From NCBI GenBank assembly GCA_963663295.2, contig CAXXLA010000002.1, forward strand, positions 150,843 through 214,842: 64,000 nucleotides of DNA, read 5' to 3'. This stretch comes from Smithellaceae bacterium. Its GTDB lineage: Bacteria; Desulfobacterota; Syntrophia; Syntrophales; Smithellaceae. Below, one piece after another: positions 48,672-56,663 of this stretch. The first letter of the stretch is position 1. Every line of letters begins with the position of its first letter. Both the position numbers and the translations under genes were made by a program. The notes under the pieces were generated by a model that saw only the letters and a list, made by a program, of their open reading frames with translations, was not told the DNA's origin and searched no databases.

Positions 48672-49709
48672 ATGGTTAATTACAATAAAAAGGGACGTCA
48701 ACTTGCATGGCAGAAATATTCCAAGGATATCCCCTCGGATAATTATTTTCTGACCTTCAGTTGTATTTTGGGAAGCTTTTATCCTGCTTCCGAAACTATG
48801 GTTCCCAGAATTTACGATCTGCTTAATATAAATTGGAAGACTTCATATGAGTCCAAATCCGGTTGGTCCTGTTGTACGGCAATCGGCTACCATGGCGACA
48901 TTATGCCGATTGAATCTACTCTATTGACGGTGGCCAGACTCTGGTCTATTGCGCAGGAAGCCGGAGCTAAAGTCATTACACCAACCTGTGTAACATCCTT
49001 CGGCACTTATTGTGAGTGCAAGGATATTCTGGAACATGAACCGGAACTGAGAAGAAAAATAAAACGATTATTAAAGGACACCTGTGGCAGGGAGTTTGAA
49101 CTACCGGAATATTTGGTCCATGTAAGCGACATTTATTACCATCATCGCGAACGTATTAAAAAACATTTTAAATATAGTCTGACCGAAGCAAAAACCGGTC
49201 GTCCTCTGCAGGTAGTCGATCATATTGGTTGTCATTACAGCAAATTGTTTCCGGAAAAACATGTTGTCGGCGGTTCTGAATATTGTGAAGTGCTGGCAGG
49301 CATGGTGAGCTCATGGGGCGGGGAAAACATTGATTATCCGGAACGCCGCCACTGCTGCGGCATGGGGTTTCGTCAATGCATGATTCCGCCCAATCGCGGG
49401 GCGACACTTTCCAATGTTTACAAAAAAATAAAAAGCATGGCACCCTTTAATCCTGATCTGATCGTGACAAATTGCCCGGGCTGCGAAGTGTTTTTGGACA
49501 AGGAACAATGGGCGATCTATGAATTAACCGGTGAGAAATATTTTATTCCTGTTTTGACTTATCAGGAATTAGCGGGGCTCCTTCTGGGATGGGATCCGTA
49601 TGATGTGGTTGGCATTGATTCTCATACAGTTCCCGTCGAGCCTTTGCTGGACAAAATAGGCATCGCCTACGAAAAAGAAAAATCCATGCATAACGAAAAT
49701 ATCGGATAG
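48672..49709 (+). CDS. HdrB-like protein with two CCG-type cysteine-rich domains
   Basis: Domain 1 is FSCILGSFYP...GWSCCTAIGYHG...ITPTCVTSFG, with CCT rather than CCG. Domain 2 is DHIGCHYSK...RRHCCGMGFRQ...VTNCPGCEVFL. Confidence 0.7.
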   Translation: MVNYNKKGRQLAWQKYSKDIPSDNYFLTFSCILGSFYPASETMVPRIYDLLNINWKTSYESKSGWSCCTAIGYHGDIMPIESTLLTVARLWSIAQEAGAKVITPTCVTSFGTYCECKDILEHEPELRRKIKRLLKDTCGREFELPEYLVHVSDIYYHHRERIKKHFKYSLTEAKTGRPLQVVDHIGCHYSKLFPEKHVVGGSEYCEVLAGMVSSWGGENIDYPERRHCCGMGFRQCMIPPNRGATLSNVYKKIKSMAPFNPDLIVTNCPGCEVFLDKEQWAIYELTGEKYFIPVLTYQELAGLLLGWDPYDVVGIDSHTVPVEPLLDKIGIAYEKEKSMHNENIG

Positions 49710-49714
49710 AAAGT

Positions 49715-50773
49715 ATGATTAAAAAAACAATCAACAGTAAAGTAATGATAATTGGTGGCGGTGTAACCGGGCTCGCAGCAGCTATTTCTCTGGACGCGCT
49801 GGGAATTGATTCCATAATTATTGAAAAAAATTCCGCACTGGGCGGAAAGGTAAAAGACTATTCCAAAATATTTCCCGATTTTCGCAGCGGGAAAACTCTT
49901 GTCCGGGAGCTTATTGATAAAGTTGAACAATCTTCACGCATCAGAACGATTGTTTCCGCTTCCGTTACCTCGACAGAAAGAATTGACGGAACTTATTCTG
50001 TTTTGGTTTCGGATAACAATAGATATAATGTCAAGGCTATAATTCTTACCTGCGGTTTTGAAGTCTTTGATGCGCGGCTGCAGGATGAATATGGTTATGG
50101 TGTTTATCCGAATGTTGTCAATTCACTGGACTTGGAAGCATTGCTGGAGACCCAGGAAAAGAAGGGCGGCATGTTGCTGCGGCCATCCGATGGAAAACCA
50201 GTGAACAGGATGGCAATTATTTTTTGTGTCGGTTCGCGCAGCAAGCGTCTGGGTAATCCTTATTGCTCGAGGATTTGCTGTTCGTATAGCACAAAGCAGG
50301 CCATCGAAATAATGGAGAAGAATCCCGATGCCAGCGTGACTTGCTTCTATATGGATATCAGAACCTACGACCGCGGTTTTGAGGAAATGTATCAGTATGC
50401 TCAGGAACTGGGTGTAAAGTATATTCGGGGGAGAGTATCTGAGTGCAGTGCTCTGCCCGATGGTGACATTCAAGTGCGCGCCGAAAATACTCTGCTGGGC
50501 AGGCCTGTACAGGGTATTTTTGATTTGATTTCATTGTCTGTAGGTATGATGCCGTGCGCCGATGCCGAAGATCTTGCCGGGCTTCTCGGTATTGAACGCA
50601 GCGATGACGGTTTCTTTACAAAGAAAGATAAATATTTTTCTCAACATGATACTGTTCAAGAGGGTATTTTCCTTGCCGGCAGTTTGACCGGGCTGAAACC
50701 GATTAAGGATTGTCTGTTGGAAGGGAATTCAGTAAGCGGCAGGGTTGCCGCTTATCTCAATGAATGCAAGTAA
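49715..50773 (+). CDS. short HdrA-like FAD/FeS flavoprotein
   Basis: VMIIGGGVTGLAAAISL...IIEKNSALGGK (dinucleotide fold), FCVGSRSKRLGNPYCSRICCSYSTKQAIE (HdrA-type Cys cluster) and C-terminal GIFLAGSLTG. 352 aa, with no ferredoxin-type domains. Confidence 0.7.
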   Translation: MIKKTINSKVMIIGGGVTGLAAAISLDALGIDSIIIEKNSALGGKVKDYSKIFPDFRSGKTLVRELIDKVEQSSRIRTIVSASVTSTERIDGTYSVLVSDNNRYNVKAIILTCGFEVFDARLQDEYGYGVYPNVVNSLDLEALLETQEKKGGMLLRPSDGKPVNRMAIIFCVGSRSKRLGNPYCSRICCSYSTKQAIEIMEKNPDASVTCFYMDIRTYDRGFEEMYQYAQELGVKYIRGRVSECSALPDGDIQVRAENTLLGRPVQGIFDLISLSVGMMPCADAEDLAGLLGIERSDDGFFTKKDKYFSQHDTVQEGIFLAGSLTGLKPIKDCLLEGNSVSGRVAAYLNECK

Positions 50774-50774
50774 T

Positions 50775-52043
50775 ATGAATCATAGAGAAGTGAAAAACAT
50801 TGATTATGGTTGGAGGCTCAACGGCAGGCCCATCCTTTTTTATAAAGACCGGTCGCTTGCAGCCGATGAATCAACACACCAAATGGAAAAAGCGCTGCGA
50901 CAGATGAGCATGGAATACTATGCCCTGGACCGGTGTCTGCAATGTGGAATTTGTTCCAGCTTCTGTCCGAATAACTTGATTAAGACAACGGAGTCCTTTT
51001 CGCCGCGTGACTTTATTCAGAAAACCCGTTTGGGGCTGCTGGATCTGAACGGAGATGAATTATGGATGTGCACTAACTGCGGCCACTGCCAGATGGTATG
51101 TCCTTTCGAAATTCCGCTTCTGGAAGTAATGGCCGGTCTGCGGCATCTTGTTGTCGAACAGGGTGCGGGGCATGTACCGGTTTCTATCAAGAGTTCAATT
51201 GCATCCATATCTTTCTATGGCAATCCCTGGAAAGAAGAAACGTCCAGCCGAATAAAGTGGATTCAAGGGATGGAAACGGCACAGGCTGTCGCGACTGCAG
51301 AAGAAACGGTTCACATCTTTTTGGGTTGTTTTCCGGGATATGATCGACGAGCTCGCAAAACAGCGGAAGCAGCGATGTACATCCTGCAGATCGCGAAAAT
51401 ACCATTTAAAATATTGTCTGATGAGGAAGTATGTTGCGGAGATACCGTCCGCAGAATCGGAGATTTTGCAACCTCGGAGAAGGTAAAAAATATTAACAAG
51501 AAAAATTTTCTTAAAAACAGTGTAAGAAAACTTTATGTTCTTTCTCCCCATTGCCTCAATGCATTTCAGGACCTGTATGTAAAAGAAAACTATCATCAGA
51601 TCAGGATAGCCCCGTTGCTTGAACTTGTTTATGATTTGATCGGTAAAGGAATTATCAAACTGAATAAATATCAGGATAAAAGAGTTACCTTTCATGATCC
51701 CTGTTTTTTCAGCAAGCATCTCAACATCATTGCCCAGCCCAGGGAAATCCTCGACAGGATGCAGGGTATTGAAAGAATGGAAATGGAACACAGTGGCAAA
51801 AAAAGTTTATGCTGCGGCGGTGGTGGCGGAGGCATATGGCGCGATGCGAAAAAAGGCGAGCGTTTATCCGAAATTCGCCTGGATGAAGCATTAGGTATAG
51901 GCGCCGACATTATTGTTACCAGTTGCCCATACTGTCTGTCGATGCTGGAGGACGCCAGGCAAGCGGATGAGAAATACAGGCAAATCGAAATAATGGATAT
52001 TTGTGAATTAGTAGTGAAAGGAATGTGTGATGAAAATAATTGA
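50775..52043 (+). CDS. HdrD/GlcF/LutA-like FeS oxidoreductase (2x[4Fe-4S] + two CCG domains)
   Basis: The ATG at 50775 lies 1 nt after the upstream stop. Contains CLQCGICSSFCP and CTNCGHCQMVCP. CCG domains are FLGCFPGYD...VCCGDTVRR...SPHCLNAF and HDPCFFSKH...LCCGGGGGGIW...TSCPYCLSML. Confidence 0.75.
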   Translation: MNHREVKNIDYGWRLNGRPILFYKDRSLAADESTHQMEKALRQMSMEYYALDRCLQCGICSSFCPNNLIKTTESFSPRDFIQKTRLGLLDLNGDELWMCTNCGHCQMVCPFEIPLLEVMAGLRHLVVEQGAGHVPVSIKSSIASISFYGNPWKEETSSRIKWIQGMETAQAVATAEETVHIFLGCFPGYDRRARKTAEAAMYILQIAKIPFKILSDEEVCCGDTVRRIGDFATSEKVKNINKKNFLKNSVRKLYVLSPHCLNAFQDLYVKENYHQIRIAPLLELVYDLIGKGIIKLNKYQDKRVTFHDPCFFSKHLNIIAQPREILDRMQGIERMEMEHSGKKSLCCGGGGGGIWRDAKKGERLSEIRLDEALGIGADIIVTSCPYCLSMLEDARQADEKYRQIEIMDICELVVKGMCDENN

Positions 52044-52854
52044 TTCCAGAGTTCGACTGCGCACCGAACAACTTTTGAAAATATGGACATCCGAACAAAA
52101 AAGTTGTTACAGTGATTATATCCAGTTATATAAGATGAAATCACGTCTGAGCCCAATGCCGGTAAAGGAATTGATAGATTGTGCTGCTGCCAGCGGCATC
52201 GAGCAAATGATGGCTTATGGTATTACCGCCGAAGATAATGCGCAGATTATTGGTTTGTCACAACAGTTTAAGGAAATAATTCCGGTTGCAGGCATTAGTA
52301 TTGAAAGAGGCATCCGTTATGCTTTACGTGACACAAAAAAATATTTTGCCGAGGGCTGTGCCGCGATTTGTTTATCACCTTTTACTTTTAATTACAGTGT
52401 CAATGACAAACTGCTTTATCCTCTATACGGGCTTTGTGAACTTTTAGGGAAAACAGTTATTGTTCATGGTTCCATTCACTTTTGGCGAGGCGCCTATATG
52501 TGGCATGGTCAGCCGCAAAACATCGACGAGATAGCAGTTGATTTCCCGGAACTTAAACTCATTGTTTCTCATGGCGGCAATGGTTTTGGACCATCAATTC
52601 TTGCTGTCGCCCAGCGTCATCCTAACGTCTATCTGGAATTCAGTGCGCTTAATCCTGCATATATGGCTCCTGAGTTTCTTTATGCCGCCAACACATATTT
52701 AAAAAATAAATGTATCTTTGGCACCGATTATCCTCTAGTAGATTTCGGTGTTGCAGTTTCACGATGGGAAAAAGTATTGAAAGAAGATGCCCAGGAGTTA
52801 TTTTTCAGCACTAATTTATTGAATGTTCTAAACGGAAAGCCTCAGCCGTTTTAA
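52030..52854 (+). CDS. amidohydrolase-2 family TIM-barrel protein (atypical N-terminal metal motif)
   Basis: 14-nt overlap with the upstream gene. Contains IIDSRVRL where the family usually has DxHxH. Also has VIVHGS, LIVSHGG and CIFGTDYPLVD. Confidence 0.6.
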   Translation: MKIIDSRVRLRTEQLLKIWTSEQKSCYSDYIQLYKMKSRLSPMPVKELIDCAAASGIEQMMAYGITAEDNAQIIGLSQQFKEIIPVAGISIERGIRYALRDTKKYFAEGCAAICLSPFTFNYSVNDKLLYPLYGLCELLGKTVIVHGSIHFWRGAYMWHGQPQNIDEIAVDFPELKLIVSHGGNGFGPSILAVAQRHPNVYLEFSALNPAYMAPEFLYAANTYLKNKCIFGTDYPLVDFGVAVSRWEKVLKEDAQELFFSTNLLNVLNGKPQPF

Positions 52855-52941
52855 CGGTCGGTAATCATCACTAAGATAGTTGGATGATTTGCATATTTCA
52901 ATAAAAATTATTTCAACAAAAAAAGCTGAAAGGTAGAAGTG

Positions 52942-53526
52942 ATGGCGAATCTTGATATTGACAGAAATGGAAACCGTATAGCGGATGACTTTAAACATGG
53001 AGAAGATTACAGTATCGGTTGCTTCTGCTATATTGACGCTGATGTTGTCATTGGCAATAATGTTACAATTGGCGACTATACAAAGATTATGAAGGGCTCA
53101 AGAATTGGTGACAATGTGATTATCATGGACTATGTAAAACTTATGCCCGGGACAATAATAGGGAACAATTGTAAAATAGATGATTACGTTAATACATCCG
53201 GCTACTGCAAAATCGGTAACAATGTTAGAATAAAAAGATGCACCATGATTGGTCAAGCTGTGGAAGCGGAAGATAATGTGTGGATTGGATCCGGCGTAAC
53301 TACAACGAGAATTAAATATCCCAAGCCCGTAGGGAGTGAAGAAATGAAAGAAGAGTGGATTATCTTCAAGAAAGATTCCATTATCAGTTCAAGGGCGTTA
53401 GTTTTGGCTGGCACCAAAGTGGGGGAAGGAGCGGTTGTAGGAGCTGGTGCGGTTGTTACAAAAGATTGCCTGCCATATGGAGTGTATGTGGGAAATCCGG
53501 CAAAATTGGTACGTTATCGTAAATAA
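52942..53526 (+). CDS. left-handed beta-helix (hexapeptide-repeat) acetyltransferase
   Basis: Repeated [LIV]-G-x4 hexapeptides: [46 protein letters not shown]...IGNNVRIK...VWIGSGV. C-terminal [11 protein letters not shown]. Confidence 0.75.
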   Translation: MANLDIDRNGNRIADDFKHGEDYSIGCFCYIDADVVIGNNVTIGDYTKIMKGSRIGDNVIIMDYVKLMPGTIIGNNCKIDDYVNTSGYCKIGNNVRIKRCTMIGQAVEAEDNVWIGSGVTTTRIKYPKPVGSEEMKEEWIIFKKDSIISSRALVLAGTKVGEGAVVGAGAVVTKDCLPYGVYVGNPAKLVRYRK

Positions 53527-53632
53527 ACACAAGAATAATTACACTATATGGTACATAATTGTTTCACTGTTAAATTGTTTTATTATTTTGTGAGAGAAAA
53601 TCAATTTGTGCTTATACATAAAGCTGGTCTAA

Positions 53633-54658
53633 ATGTCTTTGTTTAAATCAAAACCTTTCATTATTGCCGAGATGTCCGGCAACCATAATCAATCGCTGGA
53701 ACGTGCTCTTGCTATAGTAGAAGCTGCAGCCAAATCTGGTGCACATGCGATAAAGTTGCAGACTTACACGGCGGATACCATGACGCTGGATATTGCTGAA
53801 GGGGAATTTTTTATCAATGATGCAAGAAGCCTTTGGAAAGGACAATCTCTGTATAAGCTTTATCAAAAGGCCTATACCCCTTGGGAATGGCATGCGCCAA
53901 TATTCAACTATGCCCGTAAATTAGGGCTGATTGCGTTTAGTTCACCCTTTGATGAGACTGCGGTTGATTTTCTGGAGTCGCTGCATGTGCCCTGCTACAA
54001 GATTGCTTCGTTTGAAAATACGGATATCCCATTGATTAAAAAAGTTGCGGCTACAGGTAAACCCATGATTATTTCCACTGGAATGGCTACAATAGATGAG
54101 TTGGATGAAACAGTACGTGCAGCAAGAGCATCCGGATGCAATAATCTTGTTTTGTTGAAATGCACAAGTACATATCCGGCGACACCGGAAAATTCGAATC
54201 TATTGACAATTCCACATATGAAAGAGTTGTTCAATTGTGAAGTAGGATTGTCAGATCATACAATGGGTATTGGCACGGCTGTTGCAGCTGTCGCTGTGGG
54301 AGCTGTAGTCATCGAAAAGCATTTTACGTTAAACCGTTCTGATGGCGGAGTTGATTCTTCATTTTCTTTGGAACCATTAGAATTGGCTCAGCTCGTTACA
54401 GAAACTGAACGGGCATGGCAATCTCTGGGTAAGGTATTCTATGGACCAACCAAAGATGAAGAGTTTGCCGTTACTCGACGCCGTTCGATATATATTGTTA
54501 AGGATATGAAAGCCGGCGATGTGTTGACCAAAGATAATCTCCGCTGTATCAGGCCGGGCCATGGTCTTGCCCCCAGGTATTATGAGAATCTGCTGGGAAA
54601 GACGATTAAAAGCGATGTTAAAAAAGGCACTCCAATGCACTGGGATTTACTGTCGTAG
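53633..54658 (+). CDS. pseI: pseudaminic acid synthase, PseI
   Basis: KPFIIAEMSGNHNQSLERALAIVEAAAKSGAHAIKLQTYTADTMTL...YKIASFENTDIPLI...ISTGMAT...LLKCTSTYPA...VGLSDHT..., followed by a C-terminal SAF domain. Colinear with C. jejuni PseI. Confidence 0.9.
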   Translation: MSLFKSKPFIIAEMSGNHNQSLERALAIVEAAAKSGAHAIKLQTYTADTMTLDIAEGEFFINDARSLWKGQSLYKLYQKAYTPWEWHAPIFNYARKLGLIAFSSPFDETAVDFLESLHVPCYKIASFENTDIPLIKKVAATGKPMIISTGMATIDELDETVRAARASGCNNLVLLKCTSTYPATPENSNLLTIPHMKELFNCEVGLSDHTMGIGTAVAAVAVGAVVIEKHFTLNRSDGGVDSSFSLEPLELAQLVTETERAWQSLGKVFYGPTKDEEFAVTRRRSIYIVKDMKAGDVLTKDNLRCIRPGHGLAPRYYENLLGKTIKSDVKKGTPMHWDLLS

Positions 54659-54711
54659 TTTTTCGATTCATTGCCTCGTCAAATGCATAAAAAACACTAG
54701 GGGTATTAAAA

Positions 54712-56646
54712 ATGAAACTGTGTATTCTTGTATCTAAAACAAAAACGGACACAGCTGCACAAGGTTTAAAAGTATTGTATCAGTCACCTGGTCTGACTGT
54801 ACAAGGAGACGAAGATGTTCAATCATTTGATCTTGGTGATGGACGAAAGGCTTTTATAGCGGGAGATGTTCTGGGATATAGGACCAATCAGGGAGATATT
54901 GTTCCATTATCGCAGAATTTCTACGATCTAAAAAATATTCTTGTTCATTATTCCATTGAAGAAAGTCGTAATATTCTGGAAGGCAGGTATGTTTTGGTAA
55001 TCGCCGGACCTGATGATCAGTGCATCGTGAGTGCGGACCACTATGGACAGCGTGATATATATTATAATACATCCGGTGACGTCAGATGTTTTGTATCCGA
55101 TCTTTCTTTGATGCCTGATTCGCCGGCTGCAAATGGCTATGACCAAGCGGCATTGGTGCATGCACTCTGCATGTATGGCTACCGGCCGCCTAAGCGCCAT
55201 ACGCCATATAAGGGAATTCGAAGGCTGGGTGTTCTCGATACAGTGTATATAAAAAATGGAACCGTTCAAATTAAGACTGAAGACTTCCATCCCGTTCGTA
55301 TAGAAAATTTTAGCGAGAGAGAGCTGGAAGAATATGCAGATATTTTTCTGGAAGCTATAAAAATCAGAGGATCAAAGTATGGCAACGTTGTTTATCTTTC
55401 ATCCGGCTGGGATTCATCTTCAATCCTGGCAAGTTTAGTTCATATCTTTGGCCGGCGAAAAGTACGTGCTGTTATAGGACGTATGAAATATGCAGAGCGA
55501 AGTGGTATAGGCAATCCATTTGAGATGTCCCGGGCGAAGGCAGTTGCTGAATATTTCAATGTTCCTCTTGATGTTGTAGACTTTGACTATCAAGGGAAAA
55601 AAGCCCTGGAATGGCACGATCGTTTGCATACGGCAATTCAACTGCCGCACCATACTTCCGGAGGAGCCGGATTCAATCACGCCGTGCTGGCAGATTATGT
55701 CGCCCGGACCACGAATGGTGAAGAAGCGGTCTTTGCCGGTGAGATAAGTGATGGCGCTCATAACTTCGGGTTCAGTCAGTTTATGACGATTTTTCATCCC
55801 GTCCCGGAATTTCGTGAGTATAGCGACAAAATGGGCAGTTATTTACTTGGGCCCACGTTTTTTAATTTATTTCAGAAGAATAAATATCAGGAAGACCTTA
55901 TTTATAATCTTTTTCTTTCCCGTTCCGGAAAGTCAATATTTGATGCCCGTGATAAAAATAGCGTTCATAAACGTACTATTCAATTCCTTTCCGCTTTTTT
56001 TCTCCGTCCTGTCCGGCTGCCCCTTTGGTCAATGAAAAATATTACTTTTCTGACAGAGACAGGAGCAAAACTATACACCAGAGATATGGAGAATACTTAT
56101 TTCAAGAAGGCTGTCCAGGGAATAACGAGTGATACCTTGTATTCCTGGTACCTCCACTTTTATAATTCTTTCCATTGGCAATGCTCAACCATCATACCAC
56201 TGAGCTTAACTGCTGAATTGAGCGGCCTCAAGATGGCCATACCATTCTGGGATACCAGATTGCAGGAATATCTGTCCGCCATGCCGGAAAACTGGGGACG
56301 AGGCCTGGATTTGAACCCTACGAAATATCCGCTTAAGTGGATGTTGAAGAACCGCATCAATTATCCATTACACCTCGCCACAGGGCCGCACTCATATTTA
56401 TATGATGTCGATCCTAATTTTAATCTTGGTGCGGAAATGATTTATGGTTCCGGATTTGTTCCACGCTTCAAAGAAGCGCTCAAAACTGGGGGTTACAGGG
56501 AAGTATTATCGCCGGATGTTTTTAATATGCCCCATATTGAAGCAATAGTAGGTCGTTACTTAAAAGGTACGGAAGTTCGAGGATCAGAGCTCAGGGAACT
56601 ATTATCTCTTTGCTGGCTTTCTCTGGCTGGCTGGTATAAAAACTGA
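54712..56646 (+). CDS. asparagine-synthase-like amidoligase (PP-loop domain; degenerate glutaminase domain)
   Basis: 644 aa. Has the AsnB-like LEGRYVLVIAG....IVSADHYGQRDIYY segment and the PP-loop variant VVYLSSGWDSSSILA. The N-terminus is MKLCILV rather than MCG(I/F). Confidence 0.7.
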   Translation: MKLCILVSKTKTDTAAQGLKVLYQSPGLTVQGDEDVQSFDLGDGRKAFIAGDVLGYRTNQGDIVPLSQNFYDLKNILVHYSIEESRNILEGRYVLVIAGPDDQCIVSADHYGQRDIYYNTSGDVRCFVSDLSLMPDSPAANGYDQAALVHALCMYGYRPPKRHTPYKGIRRLGVLDTVYIKNGTVQIKTEDFHPVRIENFSERELEEYADIFLEAIKIRGSKYGNVVYLSSGWDSSSILASLVHIFGRRKVRAVIGRMKYAERSGIGNPFEMSRAKAVAEYFNVPLDVVDFDYQGKKALEWHDRLHTAIQLPHHTSGGAGFNHAVLADYVARTTNGEEAVFAGEISDGAHNFGFSQFMTIFHPVPEFREYSDKMGSYLLGPTFFNLFQKNKYQEDLIYNLFLSRSGKSIFDARDKNSVHKRTIQFLSAFFLRPVRLPLWSMKNITFLTETGAKLYTRDMENTYFKKAVQGITSDTLYSWYLHFYNSFHWQCSTIIPLSLTAELSGLKMAIPFWDTRLQEYLSAMPENWGRGLDLNPTKYPLKWMLKNRINYPLHLATGPHSYLYDVDPNFNLGAEMIYGSGFVPRFKEALKTGGYREVLSPDVFNMPHIEAIVGRYLKGTEVRGSELRELLSLCWLSLAGWYKN

Positions 56647-56663
56647 TCATGTGGATTTAATAA

